Notes under the pieces: generated by a model | What the model was told of the DNA's origin: nothing | Database searches by the model: none | The model's input: only the letters and a program-made list of their open reading frames with translations | Source: an uncultured Bacteroidales bacterium | GTDB taxonomy: Bacteria; Bacteroidota; Bacteroidia; Bacteroidales; UBA10428 | Length of the DNA stretch: 64,000 nt | Direction: 5' to 3' | Assembly (NCBI GenBank): GCA_963705125.1 | Contig: CAVPIY010000011.1 | Location: 350,953 to 414,952, forward strand | Part shown: one piece after another, positions 18,450-29,025 of the stretch | Layout: every line of letters begins with the position of its first letter | How positions within the stretch are numbered: position 1 is the first letter of the stretch | Program-made: the position numbers and the translations under genes

Positions 18450-19486
18450 GCTTTCTTTAACACCTCATCCACCGGTACAGCCTGGCCGCCCCTTCGTTTG
18501 CTCTCATCTGCCGCTTCCATAAAAGCATATATTTCCAGGGTTTCAACAGCATCAACCGGTGAAACCCCGCTTTTAAAGAATTCACCGATCTTTACCACAA
18601 GGGCCTCATAGCCTTCAAATGGACCAAGGGTGAGGTTTGCATCTGTCCCGAATGCGATTCCTCCATAGTCATGGGTGCCGCTCCGGGTACCCCGGAATGT
18701 ACCGATACGACCATCCTTCCATTTCCCGACAACAACATCCGTATCCGGTGTCTGGAACCGCGTTACAGTTTCGCAACCGGTGCCCATAACCGTAAACAAA
18801 ATTTCAACACCATGTATGCCATACCAGAACAGGTCGGGATGAGTCGGTTCCAGGCTGGCAGGGCTAAAGGTATCCGCACCAACCACCTTACCGATCTTAT
18901 TATTATATCGTACATCCTGCGCATTTTTCAGATAGCGCAGGGATGAGGCTGAAAACACGGCAACATTTTTATCGGCTGCTTCCCGGTAGATTTTTACAGC
19001 GTCTGTAAGTGAACCTGCCACAGGTTTGTCAATAAAAACCGTTTTGCCTGCCCTGATGACCTGGCGCGCTTGTTCCAGGTGCGGACGACCGTCATTGGTT
19101 TCTAGCAGGACAGCATCAACCTTGCTGAGCAGCTTTTTTATGGAGTCCACAATTTCCACACCCATTTGTTTTACCTGCTCGGTATACTTGGGAATCGTAT
19201 CCACACTTGATTTGATGTCGGCACTGCCCAGGGGATAGGCAGCCACCACCCTGAATCCTGCCAATCCGGGTCAGGGATTCTCGGAATTGAATAACTCCGT
19301 AAAGGCCGGTGAATGGGAAGTGTCCAAGCCAATGATACCGACCCGAATCACATCGCTGCCTGGTTTGGCCAGCAGCCGGAACGGAACGGACTGCAATCCC
19401 ATAACCGCCCCGGCCATGGTTGCATGTTTGATGAATGTTCTGCGGGTTGTTTTCATGTGATTGGTTTTTCTTCTGTTATATTGCAA
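18440..19486 (-). pseudogene. Gfo/Idh/MocA-family oxidoreductase with Tat signal, interrupted by one in-frame TGA
   Basis: ORFs 19271-19486 (TRRTFIK Tat motif, IGLDTSH Rossmann start) and 18440-19264 are in the same frame. They are separated only by TGA at 19271-19273 (..FNSENP*PGLAGFRVVAAYP..). Confidence 0.75.
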
Positions 19487-19529
19487 TCATCAAATAATTA
19501 GGTCAAAACATAATCATTTCTTCCTTTCA

Positions 19530-19639
19530 ACCTCACCCCCTGCCCCCTCTCCTAAAGGCGAGGGGTAGGAAGTAAAATTGTAGACATTTTTATCTCTTAT
19601 GGTCTTCACCCTCTCCTTGAGGAGAGGGCAGGGTGAGGT
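19530..19639. repeat. Family-2 MITE-like element, copy 2
   Basis: ACCTCACCCCCTGCCCCCTCTCCtaaaggcGAGGGG ... CACCCTCTCCTTGAGGAGAGGGCAGGGTGAGGT. Confidence 0.85.
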
Positions 19640-19658
19640 ATAACGGATGACGCGTACC

Positions 19659-21470
19659 TCAATTCTTACTCAACCTCACAATCTCCGCTGCCATAGCAGC
19701 ACGTGTATCCAGAATCAGCATCGGATCTTCAGATGTTGCCCACCAGTTCGGAGCTACAGCGGAAACGAATTTCATCAAAGCATCCTTGCCTCCGCGTTCT
19801 TCGAGCAGCGCAAAATATTCGTAGTCCTCCATGCCATCACGCAGGTTTTTCAGCCGGATGCAGCCGACAGGCCCGTCTATGCCACAGGGAACACCCGGGT
19901 ATAACAGGTAACCTCCGGCGTTGAACTGAGATTCTGATTCTGAGAACGCAGGCAGCAGCCAGGGATCCATGACACCTGTATGCATACTGCTGATGGTTAC
20001 GATCGACCAGTATAAAAGACCGTTGATATTATACTGCCTGTTGAGCCAGGTAGGCGTCCGGTATGAGGTCAGGAGGGCATCCAGATGCCAGTAAGGGGAA
20101 TCATAATCCTTGACTTCGTTGTATTTTGGATGATATTCGGGGGCTCTTTGTGACAATGCTGTATATGACCATACCTCATCACCGTGTGATATTTTTTCAT
20201 CAATGGTTTCACGGTCAATAAAGGCAAAAAGCGGGCACCAGATATCGATGGCCGGATCCATATCGGGCCAGGAAGGATCCTGCTTGTATGTCTGTTCCAC
20301 TACCAGGCAACGCAATTCAGGCGCAGCTTCATGCACCAGTGCACCGAGTGCAATAACCTCTTCATAATTATCCTTGAGGTTAGGCTCATCCAGCATATAC
20401 ACATAGGCACGTTTGTCCCATCCGTTCTCTTTCACATACTTATGGATATCCGAATAGTAACGCAGTGCCTTGCTCCGGTTTGTCGTGGTCATATCCTGAA
20501 AAGGTGCACGCGGGATATCAAAATCCGTCACATGCAGATCCTGGATGTATTTTTTCAGTGCCTCATGACGTTCGGGAATAATTTTGAGTGATCCATCAGG
20601 ATTAACTTCCGGCATAAGACTTTCAGGAATCGGCGGATTGATTCGATGATCAGCCATCATCTGGCAATAACGCATTTCAATTTCCCGGCACCTGTCTGAG
20701 TTCGCATTCAGCCTCGAACAATCGCGGGATCTGCCCTCCACACTTCCAAAGTGGTTCCGGTGTGTAGGACCTTCCGGCAGGGTGAAATCCCATACGGTCA
20801 ATGTTACCGGAACAGAAATGCTTTTCGTCTGCACGCTGTCCGAAACAGGACCAAAAAGCTCAGGCATATCATCCAGGGTGACCGTGAATGTTCCTTTATA
20901 TTCGCCCGGGGCTGCGCCGGCAGGTACATATACATCCACCCAGATGGGCTGGTTTTGTCCCTTCCATACATCAAATGGCAAAGCGTACATCTCATAGCCG
21001 CTGGAAATAAAGGGTGTTCCCCATTTGACACGGTATTGGTGAAAGGGCTCGATCGGCTTGCCGGTAAGGGGATTGATAAAGGGTACCAGCGGATCGGCAT
21101 ACAAACCGGGAGGCAACTGGGCACGGGGAGAAGACCGCCTCACCCGGGCATATTCTTCGCGGAAAAGTGAGATATTCTCTTTTCCAATGGTCCCGGCGCT
21201 GCCCGTAAGATCTGAAATTTCCGCACCCACGACGCGGATGTTCTTCTGAATGGCACCAACAACCACCTGGAAAGATTCCACCTCGTTTTTGGCGGCTGAA
21301 ATGGATGCCTGATCTGCACCAAAAAGTATCTGGTCCTGACCGATACGCTCCATGCTGTTCAGTACGGTCAGTTTCACCTCAGCGTTCTCAGGGCCTTTCG
21401 AACAGGAACCGCAAAAAATTGCCGCATAGACTGCAATGATGATGAATCCGAAAAAGTGAATACGTCTCAT
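19659..21470 (-). CDS. DUF4091 / GH123-like lipoprotein (603 aa)
   Basis: Lipoprotein signal (IFCGSCSKG). C-terminal GCIRLKNLRDGMEDYEYF block. GGAGG 7 nt upstream of the ATG. Confidence 0.65.
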   Translation of the reverse strand: MRRIHFFGFIIIAVYAAIFCGSCSKGPENAEVKLTVLNSMERIGQDQILFGADQASISAAKNEVESFQVVVGAIQKNIRVVGAEISDLTGSAGTIGKENISLFREEYARVRRSSPRAQLPPGLYADPLVPFINPLTGKPIEPFHQYRVKWGTPFISSGYEMYALPFDVWKGQNQPIWVDVYVPAGAAPGEYKGTFTVTLDDMPELFGPVSDSVQTKSISVPVTLTVWDFTLPEGPTHRNHFGSVEGRSRDCSRLNANSDRCREIEMRYCQMMADHRINPPIPESLMPEVNPDGSLKIIPERHEALKKYIQDLHVTDFDIPRAPFQDMTTTNRSKALRYYSDIHKYVKENGWDKRAYVYMLDEPNLKDNYEEVIALGALVHEAAPELRCLVVEQTYKQDPSWPDMDPAIDIWCPLFAFIDRETIDEKISHGDEVWSYTALSQRAPEYHPKYNEVKDYDSPYWHLDALLTSYRTPTWLNRQYNINGLLYWSIVTISSMHTGVMDPWLLPAFSESESQFNAGGYLLYPGVPCGIDGPVGCIRLKNLRDGMEDYEYFALLEERGGKDALMKFVSAVAPNWWATSEDPMLILDTRAAMAAEIVRLSKN

Positions 21471-21554
21471 AGTTTGTCCTCCTATAGTTTATATAAGTAC
21501 TGATTATGTATGCAAATTAAGGGTTAAAATGATGAGTCTCCGAAAAGTTCAAAC

Positions 21555-21639
21555 GTCATTGCGAAGGACCCGATAGTTATCGGGGGACTGAAGCAATCTA
21601 CTGCAAATGAAAAGATTGCTTCGCTACGCTTACAATGAC
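21555..21639 (+). repeat. Family-1 nested-palindrome element, solitary degenerate copy
   Basis: GTCATTGCGAAGgaCCCGATAgtTATCGGGggactGAAGCAATCTactgcaaatgaaaAGATTGCTTCgctacgCTTACAATGAC. Confidence 0.8.
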
Positions 21640-21809
21640 GCTATGCCTTGTAGCCTTTTCGTATTGACTCAATGATCGATTATTAAAAGTACAATAAATT
21701 TATTTAGATCCATCATGCTTTAAAAATATACTCTTTCAACTCTTAATTCGCATTATTAATTATCTTAGTATTTATATCTGATTAATAATTCACAAAAAAG
21801 GAGGTAATT

Positions 21810-22994
21810 ATGCCAGGACCTGGTGCTTATTGGTTCGGAAAAGAAGAACTCGACGCGGTAAGGGAAGTGGTGGAATCGGGCTATCTATTCCGTTACGGAA
21901 ATGATAAGGATCCGAAATTTCTTCATAAGGTTTCGAATCTGGAAAAAGAATTTGCCAATTACTGTGGGACGAAATATGCCCTGGCAACTTCATCGGGAAC
22001 ATCTTCCCTGTTGTGTTCGTTAATCGCACTTGGATTGAAACCGGGTGATGAGATAATAGTGCCTGCCTATACATTCGTGGCAAGCTATTCATCTGTCATA
22101 TTCGCAGGACTTATTCCGGTGCTGGCTGAGATCGATGAAAGCCTGACCCTGGATCCGGAGGATATTGAGCGGAGGATAACATCCAGAACAAAAGCCATCA
22201 TGCCGGTGCATATGCTGGGTAATCCCTGCGATATGGACAGAATAATGAAGCTTGCCAATAAGCACGGATTGCTTGTACTGGAAGATTGCTGCCAGGCTGC
22301 AGGTGCTTCCTACAAAGGGAAGAAAGTGGGTACGATAGGCCATATCGGTGCATTTTCCCTCAACATATTTAAAACGATCAACAGCGGTGATGGCGGCCTG
22401 GTTGTTACAAATGACCAGAACCTGTATGAAACAGCTTTCTCAGTGCATGACCAGGGGCACAAACCCATGCGGTTTGGCGTTGAGGTGGGTTCACGCAACA
22501 TACTCGGATTGAATTTCAGGATGAATGAAATAACGGCAGCGGTGGGATCTGCCCAATTGGCCAAGATTGATCGCATTGTGACGACCCTCCGGCAAAAGAG
22601 AGCCAAATTCAAAAAACTGATCTCTGCGGCCCAGGGGTTTAAATTCAGGATATTAAACGATCCGGACGGGGATTGTGCCACGATTTGTACGGTTATTTTT
22701 GACAGCCGTGAGCAAGCTGCAAAAGTGGCCGGCATCCTGGGATCAAAAACTGTTGATCAGAGCGGATGGCATGTATATGCCAACATGGAACATGTGTTGC
22801 ACCATCTGAAACAGGTGGGACAGCCACACATGAAGGGTGCTTATCCAAAAACAGATGATATCCTCAGCAGGTCGGTCAACATCAGTGTGGGAGTTGTGGA
22901 CGGAGGCCTGGGTGCCGGCTGGGGCATCAATATCAACTCAACTGATGCCGAAATTGAAGCTGCAGCAGGGCAGTTTACAGATGCCTGCAAGTAA
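21810..22994 (+). CDS. DegT/DnrJ/EryC1/StrS-family PLP-dependent sugar aminotransferase
   Basis: N-terminal WFGKEELDAVREVVESGYL...ATSSGTSSL pattern and 394-aa length. Perfect Shine-Dalgarno AAGGAGGT at 21798-21805. Confidence 0.8.
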   Translation: MPGPGAYWFGKEELDAVREVVESGYLFRYGNDKDPKFLHKVSNLEKEFANYCGTKYALATSSGTSSLLCSLIALGLKPGDEIIVPAYTFVASYSSVIFAGLIPVLAEIDESLTLDPEDIERRITSRTKAIMPVHMLGNPCDMDRIMKLANKHGLLVLEDCCQAAGASYKGKKVGTIGHIGAFSLNIFKTINSGDGGLVVTNDQNLYETAFSVHDQGHKPMRFGVEVGSRNILGLNFRMNEITAAVGSAQLAKIDRIVTTLRQKRAKFKKLISAAQGFKFRILNDPDGDCATICTVIFDSREQAAKVAGILGSKTVDQSGWHVYANMEHVLHHLKQVGQPHMKGAYPKTDDILSRSVNISVGVVDGGLGAGWGININSTDAEIEAAAGQFTDACK

Positions 22995-23017
22995 TCTTGT
23001 TTTAAAAACATAAAATT

Positions 23018-24052
23018 ATGGCTGGTGTATTCAGATTTTCCTTTGGCCCCTGGAATATTCATGAGGGGGCGGATTCCTTTGGTCCCGCTGTCAGAAAAAG
23101 CATTGACTTCGGGAAAAAACTGGATTTCTATAAATCACTTGGTTTCGATGGCGTGCAGCTGCATGACGACGATGCTGTACCGGATATGAATAAACTTAAA
23201 CCGCAACAGATCAATACAAAAGCAAAAGAACTTAAGAAAGTATTGGATGATCGCGGATTGGCTGCTGAATTTGTGGCCCCCCGGCTATGGGAAGATGAGC
23301 GGACTGTGGATGGCGGTTATACATCGAACGATCCGGATTGCAGAAAATATGCCATTGAACGGAGCAAACGTGCGATTGATATAGCGAATGCACTGGGAAT
23401 CGATCTGCTGGTATTGTGGCTTGCCCGTGAGGGCACGTATATTCGTGAGGCAAAAGACAGCAGGACTGCGACAGAAAGAATTGTGCATGCCATTAACCAG
23501 ATGCTTGCCTATGATCCGCAAATCAGGGTTTGTATTGAGCCAAAACCGAACGAACCGATGGATCATGCCTATATTCCGACGGCGGGACATGCCATAGCCT
23601 TGTCGCAATTGTGCCATGATCCGAAACGTGTTGGGGTGAATATCGAAAGCGCGCATGCCATCCTGGCCGGTCTTGATCCGTCAGATGAAATGGGTTATTC
23701 ACTGGCATTCGGCAAATTGTGGACGGTCCATCTGAACGATCAAAACGGATTGAAGTTTGATCAGGACAAAACATTTGGCTCAGTGGATTTGCGCCGGGCA
23801 TTCAACCAGGTTCGCATCCTGGATAAAAATGACTATGGTACACATGGTGAATGGGTTGGCCTTGATGTCAAGGCAATGAGAACCCAAAAGGATGACCGGG
23901 CAACACGGCATTTAAGCAACAGCAGGACGATATTCCTGAAACTCCTGGAAATCTCAAGAAATCTGGATGAAACATTTATCACCAAGTGCCAGGTGGAGCG
24001 CGATTATGAAGAACTGGATCTTTATATCATGAAAGCTTTGCTGGGAGGATAA
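23018..24052 (+). CDS. Xylose-isomerase-like TIM-barrel protein (class-I XI-like)
   Basis: FSFGPWN...LHDDDAVP parallels FTFGLWTV...FHDDDL of actinobacterial xylose isomerases. 344 aa. Confidence 0.65.
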   Translation: MAGVFRFSFGPWNIHEGADSFGPAVRKSIDFGKKLDFYKSLGFDGVQLHDDDAVPDMNKLKPQQINTKAKELKKVLDDRGLAAEFVAPRLWEDERTVDGGYTSNDPDCRKYAIERSKRAIDIANALGIDLLVLWLAREGTYIREAKDSRTATERIVHAINQMLAYDPQIRVCIEPKPNEPMDHAYIPTAGHAIALSQLCHDPKRVGVNIESAHAILAGLDPSDEMGYSLAFGKLWTVHLNDQNGLKFDQDKTFGSVDLRRAFNQVRILDKNDYGTHGEWVGLDVKAMRTQKDDRATRHLSNSRTIFLKLLEISRNLDETFITKCQVERDYEELDLYIMKALLGG

Positions 24053-24128
24053 AATCTGATTAATAAGGCAAACGAAAATTACCTATAAAATATCTTTAAT
24101 AAGTATTAGGTTATTTTATTTTATTTGT

Positions 24129-24136
24129 TATATTTG
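24129..24136 (+). promoter_or_regulatory. Candidate -7 promoter box (TAnnTTTG) upstream of the SusC-1 pseudogene
   Basis: TATATTTG lies 31 nt upstream of the ATG at 24167. Confidence 0.3.
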
Positions 24137-24166
24137 ATTAAGATTAACCTTAAACCTAGAAAAGAC

Positions 24167-27100
24167 ATGATTATGAAACTACGACTGCAAGAAAATGGTA
24201 AGACAATTCTGTTTGTTTTGCTGAGTATTTTATTTCTCGATGTGAGCTTGTTTGCAGGCCATTCTTCCGTTCCTGCGGATGAATCCGCTGCAAAGGCTGT
24301 CACTGTCAACGGTCGGGTTACCGATGCAGATGGTGTTCCGCTTGCCGGAGCTGCTATTCAGGTCAAGGGTACCACTTCGGGAACTGTTACGGATGCCGAC
24401 GGATATTTCAGGCTATCGGTTCCTGACGGCGCTACCCTAGTATTTTCCTATGTGGGTTATATCACGCAGGAAGTCCCGGTTGGTTCTCTATCCGAGATAA
24501 ATGTAACTTTGGAAGCTGATGTGGCCGAACTCGGAGAAGTGGTCGTTGTGGGTTATGGTACCGTTAGGAAAAGTGATCTCACGGGATCCATCAGTTCCAT
24601 CAAACCTGCCGAAATCACCCAGCTGCCCACCCAGCGGGTTGACCAGGCTTTGCAGGGCCGTACGTCGGGTGTATTGATCCTGAATACGGACGGTTCCCCC
24701 GGTGGCAATACCATGATCCGTATCCGCGGTCTCAACTCAATCAATGGCGGAAATGAACCCTTGATTGTCATTGACGGACTTCAGGGCGGACATATCAATT
24801 CAGTGAACCCCATGGATATCGCCTCAATAGAGATCTTAAAGGATGCCTCAGCGACAGCCATTTATGGTTCACGTGGTGCCAATGGTGTGGTTCTGATCAC
24901 CACAAAGCTGGGCCAGAAGGGTAAACCGGTTATCGATGCATCCTATAATCTGGGCTTCCAGAACCTTTCACGTAAATTACCGGTGATGGCTGCCGGAGAC
25001 TATTGCAAAATGGTCAATCTGATCCGGTCAAAAGATACAGGTCAGGGGCATGTTCCGACAATCCCGTTTACTGATGAACAGATTGCGTACTATGAACAGA
25101 ACGGCGGAACCGACTGGCAGGATGTGGTTTATGAAACAGGAATGATCAACAACGGCAACCTTGCCATCAGCGGAGCAACCGACAGGCTAAAATACATGGT
25201 ATCCGGTAATTATCTGAATCACCAGGGGATATTGGTCAATTCCAAATATGATCGTGCATCCTTACGGGCCAACCTGTCTGCAGATGTAACAGATTGGGTC
25301 GATTTCGGGTTGAATTATTCCTATATCAAGGAGACCTATAAATCACCCTCTTTCAAGGATGAAGTAGGCTTTGTTTCTCAGGTAGTCAACAACGCCCCCC
25401 GATGGGCCCCGACTGAACCGGTATATGATGCGGATGGAAGTTACCATAAACACAATGGCGAGTATGGTCCCAGTGATACCTGGAATCCCTTTGGCATCAG
25501 CCAAAGAGCCAATGATTGATCATCCGACTTACCGGAACAATGCTAACCTTTCCCTGAATTTTAAACCCCTGAAAGGATTGAGTCTCAGAATTACAGGTGG
25601 TTTACAGTTTGTAAATGAGTATTACGCTGATTACTATAATCATAATACCTTGTCTGGAATTCAGAACAATGGTTATGGAAATGTCAGGGAGTCGGTTTTT
25701 GAAAGGTATCAGAACTCCAATATTCTCACCTATGACCGGACCTTTGGCAATCATCACCTGACATTTACGGGTGTTATAGAACAAATCTATGAAGAAGGGA
25801 GTGGCCAAAGTACTGAAGCAAAGAACTTCCTGGTTGACCAGTTGAATTTCGACAACCTCGGTGGTGCCAAATCTATCTCTACAAGCTCCTTTCACAACGA
25901 GAGGGCCCTGCTTTCATACCTGGGCCGGGTTAATTATGTCTTTTAAAGACAAGTACCTGGCCACGATCAGTTACCGGGCCGATGGTTCCTCTGTTTTCGG
26001 CAAAAATAATAAATGGGGTTACTTCCCCTCCGGCTCGCTCGCCTGGAGGATATCCGAAGAAGAATTCCTGAAAAACTCCACGCTTATCAATGACCTGAAA
26101 TTAAGAGGAAGCTATGGCGTGACCGGCAACCAGGGTATCAGTCCTTATCAATCCCTGGCCAGCCTGGGCTCAGGTATATGGTATAGTTATCCCTGGAATG
26201 GCCAGGGTGCTACCGATATTGGTTTTGGGATATCGGGTATTGCCAATCCGGAATTAAGGTGGGAATCCACTTCACAGACGGACCTGGGAATTGACGTATC
26301 ATTATTTAAAGGCAGATTGACCTCAACCATTGACGTGTATAGAAAGGTTACTGAGGATCTGTTAATGCCCAGGGAATTACCGGGTTATGTCGGGGTAAGC
26401 AGTGTTCTGGATAACATCGGTTCCATAGAAAATAAAGGGCTGGAGATCATGGTCGGAGGCGATCCTTTGGTTGGAACAGTGAGGTGGAATACTTCATTTA
26501 ACTTCACCATGAACCGGAATGAAGTGCTTGACCTCGGGCCGGATGACCGCATCGGCTTCAGTTCATCAACCGGGGGATATAGCCTGAATGAGGATTTTAT
26601 GTTTCTCGAAGTCGGTGAATCCTATGGTCTGATGAACGGCTGGAAATGGTTGGGTTATTGGGGCGCTGACGAGGAAGCCGAGGCACGAAAATATGGCCAG
26701 CTTCCCGGTATGAATAAATACTGGGATAAGGACGGGGATTATGATGTCGATTCTGATGACAGAACAACCATAGGACACGGATATCCTAAATTTACCTGGG
26801 GATGGACAAACCAGGTCATATACAAGAATGTTGAATTATCATTCCTGTTTATAGGTTATCATGGGAATGACCTGTTCAATACACTGCGGATTCGCAGGGA
26901 AGTTAACTATGAGGGAAACGATCCGAAAATGCTGGATTACTGGACTCCCGATAACCAGGATGCCACACATGAAGCATTATATGATGGCAAATATGTCGAA
27001 GACCAGAACCTGGTCAATACATATTACATTTATAACAGCAATGGTTCTAACGCCACATCCGAGTGGGTGGAAGATGCTTCCTTTATCCGGTTAAAGTCCC

Positions 27101-27324
27101 TTATGCTTGCCTACTCATTTGATCAGAAGCTGCTGAAGAAAATCGGATTTCAGAAAGCAAGAGTCTATGTTAGCGCCACCAACCTGTTCACGATAACCGA
27201 TTATACCGGTTATGACCCTGAAGTTGCGGCTTTCGCCAACTGGGGTGATGCCGTGATCGGGGTTGATTTGAGTGCTTACCCTCCGGCAAAGACCTATACA
27301 TTTGGTGTTGAGATGACCTTCTGA
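24167..27324 (+). pseudogene. susC: SusC-type TonB-dependent transporter (paralogue 1) broken by two +1 frameshifts
   Basis: ORFs 24125-25519, 25425-25946 and 25861-27324 are colinear with the intact paralogue 33857-37012. The frame goes 2 to 0 to 1. Shifts lie near 25490-25500 (CCCTTTGG) and at the T4 run 25941-25944. Confidence 0.85.
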
Positions 27325-27346
27325 TAACAATCAAAAAAAAGATATC

Positions 27347-28804
27347 ATGAAAAGAAGAATATTGAATATTTTTAATATGTCCTTGATCTCGGGAATTTTC
27401 CTGTTGCTGACACCCAGCTGCGTAGACCTTGATGAGAAACCCCTCGATTTTACAGGACCTGATAACTTCTACCAGGATGTTGCACAGATAGAGGCTGCAT
27501 TTTCAAGTTCAATGCAGCGGCTTTACAGTGAATGGAGTGCATATTCCTATACCTATTATAATTTTAACAACGATGACCAGTACCGTGATGGCGATCTGGT
27601 AATCGGTGATAACCATGGCTCTGATCTCTGGTCAGCACATTATGCCTCCATTGCAGACGTTAATCCTGCCATTCAGGCATTAAATGAAGATAAGCTGGGA
27701 ACTACGGCTTCCCAGGATGTGAAAGACGAGCTGATGGCACAGGCAAAGTTTATCAGGGCTTGGAATTATTTTTCCCTGGTCAGATTATGGGGAGATGTAC
27801 CCCTGATCACGGAAACAACCGATTTGGTTACCGGTGAAATTTCCCGCACGCCTACCCGGGAAGTTTATGCATTGATCGAAGAAGACCTGAAGGTTGCCAT
27901 TGCAAATCTCCCGGATACCTGGCCCCCTGAGAAACGCGGAAGGCCGTCAAAGGCTGCAGCAAAGACCTTGCTGGCCAAGGTGTATATCACCATGGCCACT
28001 GCACCATTGAATGATGTTACTTACTATGTTAAAGCCAGAGACATGGCTGCCGATGTATTGGACGACGGCACCTATCAACTTGTTCCAAATGTGGATGAGG
28101 TTTTCGCACTGAGTAATGCCTATGGACCTGAGGTCATGTGGAGCTTCAATGCTTCCGAGGATGACAATTCCACACCACCCCAAATCTATCTGCCTGGTTC
28201 CATGGCCGACGGATGGGGCGACATTGGTGCTGACATTACCTGGGGTGAAGCATACCCCGAGCAGCCCCGCAAACATGCTTATCTATTGCTCGAAGACTGG
28301 GATGGCGAGCCTTATACAACTTTCTGGTGGGGCGGTCCGGGTCTTAAGAAATTCCTGTATGACACAAGGGATAATATGGAAAGATACCGGTCGGTTCAGA
28401 ATTATCCCCTGATCCGGTATGCCGATGCCTTGCTGCTTTTTGCAGAAGCAGAGAACCAGGTGAACGGAGGTCCTAACCAGGCTGCTGTTGACAGGGTCAA
28501 TGAGGTTATCGACCGGGCAAACGGTTATGTTGATAATCCCGCCTATCCGAAGTTAACGACATCCATGACAAAGGATGAATTTGACATGGCTGTTATTCAG
28601 GAACGGAATCTGGAGTTATGCTTTGAATATGACCGCTGGTATGACCTGATCCGGAAAAGGATCCTTTGCGATAAGACTCTTCCGGTCTGGCAGCAGAATT
28701 GTAATGAGAACGATTATCTCTGGCCTATACCCCTGAGTGATTTAAGGCTTAATCCGCTGTTAACGCAAAACCAGGGTTATGCCTCAGCAGTAGGTGGTAA
28801 ATAG
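27347..28804 (+). CDS. susD: SusD/RagB-family outer-membrane lipoprotein (paralogue 1)
   Basis: Lipoprotein signal (LLTPSC). Lies directly after SusC. C-terminal NLELCFEYDRWYDLIR block. Confidence 0.85.
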   Translation: MKRRILNIFNMSLISGIFLLLTPSCVDLDEKPLDFTGPDNFYQDVAQIEAAFSSSMQRLYSEWSAYSYTYYNFNNDDQYRDGDLVIGDNHGSDLWSAHYASIADVNPAIQALNEDKLGTTASQDVKDELMAQAKFIRAWNYFSLVRLWGDVPLITETTDLVTGEISRTPTREVYALIEEDLKVAIANLPDTWPPEKRGRPSKAAAKTLLAKVYITMATAPLNDVTYYVKARDMAADVLDDGTYQLVPNVDEVFALSNAYGPEVMWSFNASEDDNSTPPQIYLPGSMADGWGDIGADITWGEAYPEQPRKHAYLLLEDWDGEPYTTFWWGGPGLKKFLYDTRDNMERYRSVQNYPLIRYADALLLFAEAENQVNGGPNQAAVDRVNEVIDRANGYVDNPAYPKLTTSMTKDEFDMAVIQERNLELCFEYDRWYDLIRKRILCDKTLPVWQQNCNENDYLWPIPLSDLRLNPLLTQNQGYASAVGGK

Positions 28805-28840
28805 GATTCACAGGTTCGTAATATCTCATGTATCTGATAT

Positions 28841-28871
28841 AACCGCCGGATAATTACCGGCGGTTTTATTT
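28841..28871 (+). terminator. Rho-independent terminator after SusD-1
   Basis: AACCGCCGG-ataatta-CCGGCGGTT followed by TTTTATTT. Confidence 0.7.
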
Positions 28872-28886
28872 ATCTCACCACTGACG

Positions 28887-29007
28887 ACCTCACCCCCTGC
28901 CCCCTCTCCCAGGGGAGAGGGGTAAGAAGGTATTTATATTTTTTGTAATTTTAACACCAATCGCCCCTCTTCCCCCTCTCCCTTGGGAGAGGGGCCGGGG
29001 GTGAGGT
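28887..29007. repeat. Family-2 MITE-like element, copy 3
   Basis: ACCTCACCCCCTGCCCCCTCTCCcaGGGGAGAGGGG ... CCCCTCTCCCTTGGGAGAGGGGCCGGGGGTGAGGT. Ends 19 nt before the ATG at 29026. Confidence 0.85.
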
Positions 29008-29025
29008 GTTACAAAAAAACAACTT

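Noticed and set aside
19271-19273. Selenocysteine or a reassigned TGA codon.
   Set aside because: The position is outside any redox motif, I saw no evident SECIS-like hairpin immediately downstream, and TGA is used as a genuine stop by many supported genes in the window.
24125-24166. TTG-initiated extension of SusC-1 (MLYLIKINLKPRKD).
   Set aside because: The paralogue starts at the homologous ATGATTATGAAA, and the extension covers the conserved untranslated leader.
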